The position numbers and the translations under genes are program-made. 64,000 nucleotides of DNA from Trichoplax adhaerens. Taxonomy: Eukaryota > Animalia > Placozoa. The stretch covers positions 248,001 through 312,000 of the forward strand of contig NW_002060961.1 of assembly GCF_000150275.1 (NCBI RefSeq), written 5' to 3'. The stretch's first letter is position 1. Every line of letters starts with the position of its first letter. Positions 51,509 to 64,000 of this stretch are shown here, piece by piece. Below the pieces are notes generated by a model. That model ran no database searches. It had not been told where the DNA came from and saw only the letters and a program-made list of their open reading frames with translations.

Positions 51509-54500
51509 ATGAAGATGGATAAAAATAATCGCAGTACGTCATCACAGAAACCTGCCAGAAGCTTTGCTTCTAAAGCTTCGATAAAGCAAAAAATAAATCC
51601 GAAGGAAACGAAAAAACCTCTTAAACGGCAAATGAGAGACGCTGAAAGATTACTGAGGAATGTAAGTAAACGCGATCAGTATGCATAAAACGTTATTGCT
51701 ACGCCATCCAGTGCAGAAACTACTTGACTTGATTCTTATCCTGGATAAATCGGACTGCACGGTTATTTTGCATAATCGTCGTGAATAAATAAGAATTTAC
51801 CATACTCTCTTGGGTATGGTATTAGCAAAAACTATTCCGATTGAGTAGTTCAAACTTCAGAGTGCTTATCGAGTTACTAAACTCGAATCAAGCTCAGCTG
51901 CGGGTTAGCAATGCATTTTAGAGAGCTGGAAATTTCATTCTCTACTTTGTAGGCTAATATCCCTCTACGAATTGTTACCTGTAGACTGTAGTACATAATA
52001 AAGGAATTGATACAATTGAAATATAATAGATTTTCAGTCAAAATACCGTTCTGGTACGTCTATACGAGTACGTGAAAATCGCGATCAACCTGCTAGCTTG
52101 CACTCTTACGGTATATACTATATTGCTAACGATAGTATATTGATGTATTAACTACAGTAGTTCACTACTGTAATGAAATGATGGGACTCTGACGGCAGTA
52201 AAAATAGCGGAATCTAAAGATGATGACGTTAAACTCTCCTATTTATTGAAAGTTTATTGACTACTAATTATAGCATACAGAAATGCAACCTATGTTATGC
52301 AATACGAACATCGTATATTAACTTAAGCAATTACATTTAGCTCCTCAATACCTCTTACATCTGTTGCGGAAGTGATCATGAACTCCAATTTCATTTGTGT
52401 TACACGTATATGACTGTCAATTATAATTGGCAGTTATAGACGTACAGTATATTGAATTGGCTCGTTTTAGTAATCTACAGTATATCGTGATAATCTCATC
52501 ACTTCATTTTAGTTAACGCTTTCAAGATGCTATATTGTAGCCTTCAATCTAGATAAACTACCAATCAACTTTCAATATTTTTCAGTATTTATCGTATTTC
52601 TGTCTCGATTCATCACGACTTGTACTCTGTATCGAGTATAACAACTTAAGGGAATGTCAGAATAAACACTATGTCAAGTTAGAATTGATGATTGTAAAGA
52701 TTTCATAAAAAATACTTCTTGCTATGCTAGTGTAAAAAGTAGTATGATGATCAATTTACACTTTTCATTCAACCTGCCATGCAGTATTCATCTTACTGTG
52801 GATCTTATTACAGAGGTATAAGCGCTCTTACTACAATCATAGAAATTACTAGCACTCTCTATAATTTACACTATATAAGTTTCATTACCCAATATAATAA
52901 TTCAACTATCACACTGAAAATAACTATCTCGTTATAAGCTCAACAAGCTTAATCTGAGAGCGGTACAAACAGTTGTTATTGACGATACCATTTTTAACTT
53001 TTTAACTATTTATGTAGCCAAAGTTGCAGGACAATATTCGTCAAGAAAAAGAGCTATTAATAGAGAAGCTTTCTTCACAACTGAAGCAGAATAAGTCTAA
53101 ACTAAAAGCAGCTAAATATGCCAAGAAATATAAAAAAGTGAAATTTTTTGGTAAGCCAATACTGCAAACGTATCATCGTTAGATATTTAGACTAAAGTAT
53201 TAACCTGCCTGCGAGAGTACACTATCTATCTTTGCATAAGAAATCTAGTTGTGAGTTTTCCGTATTTACTTTCCTAGAAAAGAAAAAGCTAACTCGAAGG
53301 TATCTATCGTTGCGTAAAAAGTTAAAAAACTGCGAAACAGAGGACAGGTTAGAAATGGCTGTCTGTAAAAGTCATAAGCAAATTAAGTAGTAAATACTAT
53401 TGCATGTCTAAACATTGCGGTATATTGCATACGATGCTAATTTGATAGACTGTATTATTTTCAACTATGATTCGTAGTGGAGAATTGCATGAAGAAATGA
53501 AGCAAGTGGAAGCTCAGCTGAATTACGTAATAGTAAGCGTCAAAACAACGATTTCATCACACTTAAATCTACTGTTTTAGCAAATCAGTAACTTTCATCT
53601 CACCTAAACCTACTACCACAAGAATAGTTATTTCAATAGCGTAATGTAAATTAGAAAATCAACCGATACTAACAGTCATACAGTAAACTGTTTATAGTAA
53701 TTTTAAATTAAAATATTATTGCAATACGTCGTAGTTGCATATACGAGTATAACATGTAAACGGAAGGGAACGACTTGATAGCAAGGTGTATGACTGCAAA
53801 CTCTTTTGTAATTATTAGTATTTTCCGCCTGATATTAAATACATTTCCTTATTTCCATCTAAACCTGGTCAAGACGATAAAGTTAATGCAAAGAAAGGTA
53901 TTCATGTATAGTAATTTATTTATATATCTATTCATTATGATAGGCTATGTTGTGCTTGTACTAAATAAAGTATATAATAAATTTATCACAACAGATGAAA
54001 TTTTCGAACAGATTAGTGAGGACGTTACGAATGGAAAACTACCAGGATATAGTAATTTATTAAACAAAGACCCCAAAAGAAATAAACGCCAAGCGAAGAG
54101 ACTTACTAATAAAGGTTCCAACTCAAAGCAAGAAGACGAGTTTTTTATTGTTGACCGAATGCCTGATGAGGTTAGTATTGCTTTCAGTGTAACTTTGGCT
54201 ACAAGATTAAACTTTATTGTACATTTATAATGCGCACAGTTAATAAGCCATATTTAGGGTATTCATAGTATAGATACAGTGAAACGCTTTCTAAGCAGTA
54301 GATGAGATATTCTCTCATTGTGTATTGAATTATAAATTGCATGTCTGTTCTGTTGAATTATAAACTGCATAGCTGTTCTGTAGTCTTATCTATTTATCGT
54401 CGTAATTTGAAATAAAGTTGGACCCGACCTAATAATATGCAATATTGGCTAGTACTTTACTGCACAATGTATGAAAGACTTAACATTATTTTGTATTACA

Positions 54501-54547
54501 AATTTATTTTCTACTTTGTCTGAATGTAGGATATCATTGATGGTTGA
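51509..54547 (+). CDS. EFG1: rRNA-processing protein EFG1 family
   Basis: Phase-consistent exons 51509-51661, 53018-53150, 53278-53347, 53478-53532, 53819-53897, 53995-54170 and 54530-54547. Motifs LKRQMRDAERLL, KYAKKYKKVKFFEKKKLTRR, QLNYVIYFPPDIKYISLF and a C-terminal EDEFF. Confidence 0.85.
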
Positions 54548-55337
54548 TCCAATTCTGCAATACCAGAACACCTTTGATAATTGTACGATACTTCACATCC
54601 TATAATTACTGTAACTATATTCTAATAACTCAAAATTTTTATGGCTACAGATAAATAAAAATAATGCTTATCCATAGTTACGAGACTTTTCGAAGACATG
54701 TTCATACTGTGTAATCTGACAAACTTTTTTACTCCTTAGTACGGCAATCTTTCAACCGTTACAAATTAGGGCTACTTTAGCAGCTATAAATCAAATAATT
54801 TACTCCATTATTTCTTCAATCATGACTTTTATTTACTTACAAATTATCAATATAATGCCAATAAATTGCCATTATATCACACCTTCATTACTGGGATGTA
54901 TAACCGTTTCTCATATGCAAGCTTTGTAATAGAGATTATTAGTTGATTTAGTAGTAGTAGACACGTAGTGTGAGAACTTGAATATGGTCTCAACAATGCC
55001 TTGTAAGGAGAGTAACTTTTAGAGAGATTGAACTGTGTGAAATATCATCAATGAATGTCAGTAATAAATGGAATATTCTGAAAATGCAATGTTACGCAAT
55101 CCTTGCACAGCACGAGATATTCTAAAGGTCAAATTTTATTCTTTTTGAAAACTGACAGTGAATTATAATGCTAACGTTAAGGAGTGTTGAAATATTATAA
55201 CATCTATCTATCTACCTATCTACAACAATTAATGTTCTACCAAGGAACAAGAGGCATATTTAAGGTTATTTTGTAGCATAAGCACAAACACAAACGTGGT
55301 ATACCCGATCACACAGCAAAGACAGTGTTGAAAAGTA

Positions 55338-56712
55338 CTATTCATTCTTACTCTTTACGCCTGAAAGAGCACCAGAAAGGTAACTCCAGGTGCTAGCCAT
55401 AACCAAAAGGCTCATGACGATCCATATACCGTTGGGGATGTAAAATAATTTGAGAGCAGTTTCAAAATCAACAGCGTTGAGTTGATGTGCACCATTGCAA
55501 ATATCTGTGTACTGGATCAAGAAAACAACTGTTTTCCAAAATGTCATGGTAGACACTACCAATGAAAATATCCAACCCTTGCCACGGCTTGATGAGCCCT
55601 AATATTAGTAATGTGCATATTATTTTAATACCATAAATCAATATTAAGAAGATGAAACTAGAACAATTCCAAAAATTCTTTAGATTATTGTAGTGGCTTA
55701 CAAAGAGTACTACAAAGAGCATCATTACAACTTCTGCCACATTGCACCTTTTAAGAAGTAAAAAGATGAAGAAACATTTTGAATCACAGACCGAGAAAAT
55801 GTTTATTGTTCATTTGTAAATTATTCCGCCACTCTTCACAGACTGTATTCTACTGCACTGTTATCACAATGGCAACCAGAATAGAGTGTTGAAAGTTACG
55901 ATAGATATTCATTTTCATCTGAATTTTTTACTCTACACAACAATTCAAGGGAGGAATTGCAATGCTTAAACTAAAGCAATAGAATTCCATTTGTATTGTA
56001 CCATTACCAAGCCTGGCCAATGATGAAGGTATCCTCCAAATCTCCATACTTTTTGTCAACGCCTAGGTACAGGGCATCTAATATAATATCAACAATCAAA
56101 ATGTAAGCAAATTTGTTCATCTTATCCTGATTGAGTATTTGAGGTTTATTAGCTAAGCATTGATGGTGCTACAGCAAGGATGCTTTATACTAGTATTATG
56201 GCTGAATCCAACTTAACTCTGTCTACATATCGAAGGAATGACAGCTTGCTTAACCCATTGAAGATTGCCATTATGGCTTACTTTACTCCTTCTGTCCCAG
56301 CACACCATTCTACGTCTACTCTACTGTACGTATGTTAGACAAGTTCATTGTTTGAATGTAAAGTAAAGCAATCCATGCCAACTATTGCTTCAAGCGCTAT
56401 CTCTTATTTAGGAATACCACGCTCAATTAGTCATGAGTAAGTAGACAGCATCTGATTCCTCATTCAGCATCAAGACTGATCTCTTGTTGTACTCGTACGC
56501 TATCTTGCAGCACCATTAAGCAAAGGGACGAATGTTTACTGTCACCAACTCACATTATGATAGCACTTACATGGGCTGAAGTACTGGCTGTATTTGCCAT
56601 CTGGAGGCATGGAATGTGGGCGCAATAAGACAAAACTTGCATCCCACGAGCAAATGACTGACGATATGAAAAACCAAACTTTAATCCAAACAGGAAGATC
56701 GCGAGCACCCAT
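55338..56712 (-). CDS. EXPERA / emopamil-binding-protein-like multi-TM membrane protein
   Basis: Exons 56571-56712, 56008-56077, 55702-55747 and 55338-55598. Translation includes WDASFVLLRPHSMPPDG...PYALYLGVDKKYG...QAWCNVAE...VSTMTFWKTVVF...FYIPNGIWIV, an EXPERA-type pattern (Y...D.rY, conserved E, N.iWi). Confidence 0.75.
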
Positions 56713-56937
56713 CTTGCTAGTAGCCACTTTGTCCGGTAGTATAAAATCCAAAACCAAATAAGCCCAGATGAAGAAAAGACTGCCAGCCAATCCAAGGTAA
56801 TATTGAACAAGAAACCGCAGACAACTCGATATGATTGAACCCTTTACAGCGCAAGCAGTTTAGAACGCTCTATGATTAGTATGACCACTTTGCCGTGAAC
56901 GCGGCCAGAAGCATCCAAGTGTTTGTGACCAAGTTTG

Positions 56938-56947
56938 GTCACGTGAT
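56938..56947. promoter_or_regulatory. Extended E-box GTCACGTGAT (bHLH-ZIP site; SREBP/USF/MiT-TFE type)
   Basis: Lies about 225 bp upstream of the EXPERA ATG, in the divergent region shared with ACAT1. Confidence 0.4.
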
Positions 56948-57111
56948 ACAGACTTTTGTCCTCAATGACGCAATTAGTTTGCTTCTCACCACGACTGCGC
57001 ACTGAAACATGAGCTTCTCAGTCTGCCTTGAGTACTGAAGTAAAGGGAAAGTAGGCCGCAACACTCATTCCGTATGGCCGCAGAAGAAGACCTTTAATAG
57101 AATTATTAGAC

Positions 57112-58170
57112 AGAGTCTCTAGATCGCACCTTACTTAATCTTTTTCTTACAGGACAACACTCGGTTGATGATGGTCATATGCAGTGTGGTGTTCAGGGGC
57201 AGCCATCGGATGCAGTCAAATGTTAATATATTATTCGAGAGTCTCTACATCGCACCTTAGTCTTTTTCTGACAGGATGACACTCGGTTGATGGTGGTCAT
57301 GCGCAGTGTGGTGTCCAGTTGCAGCCATCCGATGCAGTCAAACGACGATCGAGGTAATAGAAATGAATATGGGCGCAGGTATGGACGGTCGGATGGATGA
57401 TCGTGATGTAGAGACGAGGCTTGAGAACGATCGATCGCGATCAGCCCTGCCCACTGTTCAACTCCATCCGGTTTTAGAAGACATCATGGCTCAAGCTGGC
57501 GCTTTTCGTCTACGATTGATGGCTGTATCCTACTTGTATTCTTGTTTGAAAGCCTTTAACGATATTGATAGATTGTCTAATGATATTCTATTGCTATCTT
57601 AACCTTACTCGAATTGACTTGAGTTATTGCAACTGTTCATTATTGATCGTATACAGTACATGGATCGACGTTTGCATATCGATCTTAAGCTTGTTGTGAT
57701 AGCATCTGCGTTCGACAGTTGATCTACTACATCATGGACGAGGAACGAGTCCTTGACTGTAGAGTGTTCTTTTTTTTTATGGTTATCAACAACTGTATGA
57801 GCAAGCAAGGTGATCGTGATAGCGAAATGTTAGCAATGATGCCTGCTTCGACACGTAACATAGACGTGCAGAATGGCCAGTATATGGAAACTAAATACAA
57901 GAGCACAATCAATGAATCATGCATGGATCGTTCTTCCTACTTGCACAATTCCGTTATGGATGATAACGTGGACAATGTACATCTGCTCTTGGCATCGGAT
58001 AGGATCCAAGACCCTGACTGTGTTGTCTTAATAATGTCTCTAAAACATCTACGGTAGAAACCAAAGAAAAGAACATAACCAATGAATCATTGATCCTTCT
58101 CTCGACACGCACGATCTCGTTATAATGTTGTCTCAAAAATGTCTATAAAAGCATCTACGGTAGAAATAAA
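57112..58170 (+). pseudogene. Unidentified decayed coding-like sequence with internal duplications
   Basis: Duplicated acceptor-plus-exon-like block (57112-57221 vs 57238-57341). Two same-strand ORF fragments (57306-57602, 57719-58057) are separated by stops. A second short duplication lies at about 58020 and 58125. Confidence 0.35.
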
Positions 58171-58388
58171 TTCTTCAGTGGTCACAATGATTCGTCAGAC
58201 AATGAAGGAAATACTTGTACTCGACACGAATATTTATTCTCCCTTTTGTAGATAAAGCATCTAGTTTAGTTTCAATTTTCTGATTGGAAAAACTAAAATT
58301 TATTCTGTTCAAAGCTTCACACTATTATCGTATACTCGTCTACTCTGACAATATTATTATCCTTAATGGAAACACTCTTCCCATTCAG

Positions 58389-60914
58389 ACAAAATGTCAG
58401 CGTTGCCTATCGACTTCCTCCAGTATCAAGGTAAGTAATATTCGCTAGTTTTGCTTAGCGATCAAATGTCATTACAATTACTACAGTCTCGTATATCGAA
58501 AGGATGTGAGTGATGAGTACAATTAGAGCACTGAATGAAACGTGAAAAATATGTTAATACTTCGCACTTAGGAAGTCGTTATTGCTAGTGCAAGTAGGAC
58601 TCCTATGGGCAGCTTTCGTAGTTTATTAGCATCTATACCTGCTACTAAACTCGGTTCTATCGCTATTGCCAATGCAATCAATCAGGCAGGTTAGTATCAA
58701 ATTTTTTACTAGTATACACCTGTGGCTAATCCAAAAATATCAACGGTGTAGTTACGGTAATTTTTCAACGTATTTTCAATCAACTTAAATACTAGGCATC
58801 CTTAACGATGATGTCAAGGAAGTCTACATGGGTAATGTCTGTCAAGCTGGATTAGGACAAGCACCCGCAAGACAAGCTGCTCTAGGGGCAGGTTGGTATA
58901 GAACCTTTGCGATTTTCATTGAACTAATTCAGAAATTACTTGTCAATGACTAATCTCCACCTTCATGCACATATTAATAATGATAGACCAAAGTAGATAA
59001 CGAATTTTTTACATTGTATTACGATTTTCGAAACCTAATTATCTATCGTTAACGCTTACCATCCTATTTCACTATGATAGGTCTTTCGGAATCTACCCCT
59101 TGCTGCACCATCAATAAGGTTTGCGCCTCAGGTATGAAATCAATCATGATGGCTACTCAAAATCTAGCTGTTGGAGATCAGGTAAGCAAAATACGCTAGT
59201 ACTTGACTGTAATAATGAAATTGCTTCCTTACAAAACCTACAATAACTGACCGTAGTAGCAGTATGAATGCAAACCATTCCTCCCTATCTTAACAATAGG
59301 ATGTCATGGTTGCGGGAGGCATGGAAAGTATGTCTCAGGTACCATTTCTGGTTGGCCGCGATGCTCCAAATTATGGCGGAGCTATGATGGTGGTATGGTG
59401 ATATTTATTGTTGCATAACTTATCGCCACTATACAGTATTTCCATTATTAATAAATTATTTTTCGAAAGTATTTAAAGGTAAACGTATGTCGTTTTGTAG
59501 GATGCTGTAGTTCATGATGGCCTTATTGACGTTTACAACAAAATTCACATGGTAAATCATGATCCAAACAACAGCATTATTATAATTATTACGATATAAA
59601 TTAACGCTAGGTTGCAAATAATATTATCTTAGGGTGTTTGTGCTGAAAATTCTGCTAGCAAATATGGTATAAGTCGTGAAGAACAAGACAATTACGCAAT
59701 TGAATCTTACAAGCGAAGTGCTGCTGCCACAGAAGTACGTTATTACTAACCTCCTTGCCAACAATAAAGGATTCTACCCATTCATTGTATTGACCAATTA
59801 CTTAAAATAAACTAATTACATTTACCGGAACTTTAGAGTGGGAAATTTGCATCAGAAATCACCCCAGTAGCTGTATCTAAACGTGGACGTCCGGATACTG
59901 TTGTATCAGAAGATGAAGAATTTCGTAAAGTTAACTTTGAAAAGTTCACATCCTTAAAAACCGTTTTCAAGAAGGAAAACGGTAAACTTAACCTAATTGC
60001 TACTGTTACTGTAACGCCTATAAAATACATATAAAGCCTAGAATTCTTAGTATGCAATACATCAGGATTTGTACTGAGTTCAATTAATTAAAATTATAGG
60101 AACCATCACCGCAGCGAATGCTAGCACCCTTAACGATGGTGCAGCTGCTCTCGTCCTAATGACCAGGGAAGCTGCAGACAGATTGAAAGTAAAGCCTCTT
60201 GCTCGTATACTTGGTAAGCTAAATATATACTTTACTTTCATAGCGATACCTTTCGTAACAATGTCTCTACTCTCGAAATAGAACAAAATTACAAATAATT
60301 CAATTCTTTATTTAATCATTTATAGGATACGCTGATGCAGCTCACGCTCCAATCGACTTCCCAACTGCCCCAGCACCAGCCATGGAACTCGTAAGGAAAT
60401 CATTCTAGGTCAAAGTATCTCTAAGACTATTGACACTATTCATTACCTATAGGCAATGAGAAAGACCGGTACAACGAAGGATGATTTTGAAATGATCGAA
60501 ATCAATGAAGCTTTCAGTGCTGTTGTATTAGCCAACATAAAAGTAACCCACTTTCCTTATGATCTTATTACTTAAATATTAAACATCTTTAATATTTTAT
60601 AATTCGTAAATTAGTTATTAGGTTTGGACCCCTCCAAGGTAAACATTGACGGAGGCGCGGTTTCCTTAGGCCACCCAATTGGGTAGGTTTATGCCATACG
60701 AGTATTTTGCACTTAGTAGGAGTAGTATGTGACATTAAAATCAATGATGATATTATTAATATGCAATATCAATTTGTTTCATTCAACTTGTAGGATGTCT
60801 GGTGCTAGAATCGTTGGTCACCTTGCTCATCGATTGACGCCTGGAAGTAAGGGTATGGCCTCAATCTGCAACGGTGGTGGTGGTGCTTCCGCTATTATTA
60901 TTGAACGTTTATAA
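58389..60914 (+). CDS. ACAT1: Mitochondrial acetyl-CoA acetyltransferase (thiolase T2); first coding exon unresolved
   Basis: Many short exons from 58389 ([14 protein letters not shown], transit-like) onward: [89 protein letters not shown]. Stop at 60912-60914. Confidence 0.95.
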
Positions 60915-62687
60915 TTTTTAATTAAAAAATAACATTTTATGAGTGATGATGCCAAATTATACTATTCTCAACTTTCTTGCTCGTAAGTTACTTTTATTAG
61001 TTGATAATTTACGATATATGCGGCAGTACTGTTGTTAATGAATTGCAGATTTGTCTGAATAAAATTGTTTAAGCAATCGCTTGTGAAATTCGTCATGGAA
61101 TATATTAATTGGGTATACTACGAAACCCACGCAAGGATTTCAAAGATAAATGCATTCTATACGAGTTATTCGAATTATTTACGTAAAACTCAAATGATTG
61201 CTTGAGAAGAAGGGCTATAGCAAAAATCCATTCTGACTAAGGAAATTAATAATTCGTTATGCCTAGCCAGCGTTGAGCAACATACCGTTATGTGATTGAT
61301 TTCGGTTCCTGTCATATATAACATGTATAATATGTAACCATACTTAAACACTACGCGTGTAAATCTATAAAAATTCTAGCTTAAAACTATAACCTTTTTG
61401 ACCCTTCTCCGTATCCTTCGAGTATATTATAGTTAGGTAGTTCTGATGATAACATTTTGTGGACAAATCTTAAATATTTATACGCAACCTCATTTATTCA
61501 CGCTACGCTTTAAACTAAGTCTAAATTAAAGTAATTAGAAGCCAATAGGCCTAAATACGCCCAGTAAAATAGATCACCTGATCACTTTTTTACAGGATAC
61601 AAATTCACACGAGAGAAGATTAAAATTTTTATGTTCTGAGGTTTGAGCTTGCAGAATGAAACTCAGAATCGTCATATTAATTAACGCTGTTACTAATTTT
61701 CAAGCCCAATAGGTTAATTCAAACATGTATTTTTCACTCGTTATATTGCAAATTGAGTATCATCTGACATAAGCTTAAGATATCTACATCTACATCAGGA
61801 AAATGCTAGCTTATCATTATTTCTCTACTTGAAATAATAATTACAGTGATTCTGTCTGATAATGTAGTAAATAAGATGCCACATTTTACAATCAATATTG
61901 CTATCATTATCATATCATAATGATTTTTGTTTACAGTTAATGCAGCTAAGGTGTTTGAAAAAAACACTTTACATTAAATGTTAAAACTTATAAATATAAC
62001 AATGTAGTTGACAATAATCATGACATTTAAACGCAATTACGATAGGAAAGAGCAAACGACCTGAAAATTTTAATGGAAATGATGAAGTTGCCTTCATAAG
62101 TCTACCTCCTACTACAAATATATAGTTTATCATCAATATAATTATTAATAATTCATACCGATATACTCGACAGTAGTATCTGTAGTTCAAGTATTTAAAT
62201 CAAAGTAAGTAAGTAATCTACTTTTAAATGCTACTTCGTATTTAGTAATTACTTATATAGCACGTTCTATCTGTCATATGAACAAGTTAGAATATCAATA
62301 AGAAAGTTGATTTGCATAAGGCAATTTTTATGCTCATTAATCAAAAATTCCCGGATATTGTGCTCTATGTCAGCCAATTTTCAAGCCTTATGTTTTTAGC
62401 ACCTATCATTAAAACTATTTCAGAAACAAACGTGATATGGTACAACTAAAGTGAGTAATGCTCAATTATTACAGCTATTCTGAAACAGTTCTTTAAAATT
62501 CAGCTATTAAAAAATTACAGCAGAGTACATTAATGTAAATTGGTATTGATTAGTAACCCAAGCATCAACGCCTGTCTTATTAATTATATTATAGGATAAA
62601 TTCAACAATGTTGAAGACGATAGAAGCTATCTATCTTTTGTTGCTTCTTTCGACCATTTTCGCTTATATGCTTACCAACAATTCAAT

Positions 62688-64000
62688 CTAGAATTGAATA
62701 AACTTGTGAGAGCAACATATTAAACGAAAAATATTTTCCCATTCATTGACTGTTTTCCGTGAAGCAATCCAAAATGAGACAACAATACCGCGTAATAGTT
62801 GAGCTAATAATTTAACAGCAAGCACTGAGATATGAACGTCAGAATGTATATTTTGCCTTTTCTCACATGGAAATTGGTTAAATCGTGATTGATTTCTATG
62901 CAAAGGTTGCCAATAAGGTCCTTGAGTGTACTCATAGCAATAGCAGCCTATTATGATAGATGCTAATAGCCAATAAAAGATAAAGAACGTTAAAACACGG
63001 CCACGAAAGCGACTTAATTTTACCATTGAGGCTTTCGCTGCGGTGTTTTGTGCTAATTGAGCTTTTATTTTTCTAGTGCTGACATAAAACACTATCATAA
63101 ATACGGAGGCAAGTAATAAGCAAAGAGAATGAGGTAAAATGACAAAGCCAATCAAGTAGAACCCTTTCTGTGTGGCTAGATGGCTACTAATATAGCATAA
63201 TCCAGTTAGTTCATCGGCACTAACTTTTTTCCAAAGAATTATGACGGCAACCGGCACTGCAGGTATAATCCAGCTTAATGTATGGTAATAGACAGCATAG
63301 CCAGTTATTATTTCAGAACACCATTTTTTCTTGGCTGATAAGTACCATAATAACGTTAAGACTACTAACCAAATTGAAGCGACTAAGTCGAAATAGTATA
63401 ACATAATAAATATAACTGTGCAAGGCACATGGCTAACTGATTCGACGATTAAAAAATGATTCTTAGTAGAGTTAATAGGGGTACCAGGATAGCTACACTT
63501 CAGCGGATCTGAGTTAAGGTAATCTGGACAGAAAAATTGACAAAGCGTATCGTTGATAGGATTACGAATCGATGAATTTGTCATTTTAGTAAGAATTCTA
63601 TTGCTAGAGTCGAGTTTTCCACACGCTACCGTTTCATAGCGTAAGAATACACGTAAAAGATGGACTAAAGCATAGATATTGTAACATATTGACATAAATA
63701 TGAGGATTCGTTCTGGATATTGAAAACGTTGTGGTCGAATAGCAGCGGTTAAAATTGCTATCAACGTAAAGGAGAACGTTAACGCCGATAACAGAGCCAT
63801 ATAAGTATTCATCCTTTTCTTTTCTTTACTAGTAAATAATCCCTCACCACAACAGCGTAATCGGCAAGTCTGACTTTTACTATCGTAGCTATAATGCTTA
63901 CATCGATCGCAAATTTCACGACTTGCTTCATGCACTATATCCGTAGAAGATTTTGTCGATAACGTAACAGCATTGTGGACGGTGTTTGTAGAAATTGGCT
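62688..64000 (-). CDS. Frizzled-family 7TM receptor, divergent (CRD lies beyond the window end)
   Basis: RFQYPERILIFMSICY, W..LTL.WYLSAKKKW, DELTGLCY, GFVILP, TM6 Arg, TM7 Trp and the KTxxxW motif (RKTVNEW). The reading frame appears open to the window edge. Confidence 0.92.
   Translation of the reverse strand, partial: PISTNTVHNAVTLSTKSSTDIVHEASREICDRCKHYSYDSKSQTCRLRCCGEGLFTSKEKKRMNTYMALLSALTFSFTLIAILTAAIRPQRFQYPERILIFMSICYNIYALVHLLRVFLRYETVACGKLDSSNRILTKMTNSSIRNPINDTLCQFFCPDYLNSDPLKCSYPGTPINSTKNHFLIVESVSHVPCTVIFIMLYYFDLVASIWLVVLTLLWYLSAKKKWCSEIITGYAVYYHTLSWIIPAVPVAVIILWKKVSADELTGLCYISSHLATQKGFYLIGFVILPHSLCLLLASVFMIVFYVSTRKIKAQLAQNTAAKASMVKLSRFRGRVLTFFIFYWLLASIIIGCYCYEYTQGPYWQPLHRNQSRFNQFPCEKRQNIHSDVHISVLAVKLLAQLLRGIVVSFWIASRKTVNEWENIFRLICCSHKFIQF

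Noticed and set aside
53775-53994. Hydrophobic TM-like N-terminal half of the 151-aa ORF
   Set aside because: It reads through EFG1 introns and an out-of-frame exon; only 53995-54170 is coding in that frame.
1-64000. tRNA, rRNA or snRNA genes
   Set aside because: The GTTCGA-like hits I inspected lack cloverleaf context, and no rRNA or snRNA similarity was recognised by eye. An Infernal/tRNAscan run is needed to exclude them.

Overview
AT-rich, intron-dense eukaryotic DNA from an early-branching animal. The compact introns, base composition and gene set suggest a placozoan (Trichoplax-like); this is an inference. Gene order: 3' end of an unknown Lys/Glu-rich gene (+); intronless GT31 glycosyltransferase A with degenerate catalytic motifs (-); a multi-exon ankyrin-repeat gene and its tandem pseudogenised copy (-); intact GT31 paralog B (-); MRPS35 (+); REPS-like EH-domain adaptor (-); MPC2 (+); ZGLP1-like GATA zinc finger (+); EFG1-family rRNA-processing gene (+); EXPERA/EBP-like membrane protein (-); ACAT1 thiolase (+); and the 3' part of a divergent Frizzled (-). 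The main observation is non-coding. Promoter regions are dense in TACAGTA/TACTGTA and their concatemers. Comparing units of a promoter minisatellite shows these arising as TA -> TA-CAG-TA or TA-CTG-TA insertions, the canonical Tc1/mariner (Sleeping Beauty-type) excision footprint. A CAG...CTG-ended MITE lies inside one of these clusters. The inference is that promoters here are being rewritten by repeated transposon insertion and excision. All coordinates and exon models were read by eye and need computational and RNA-seq confirmation.
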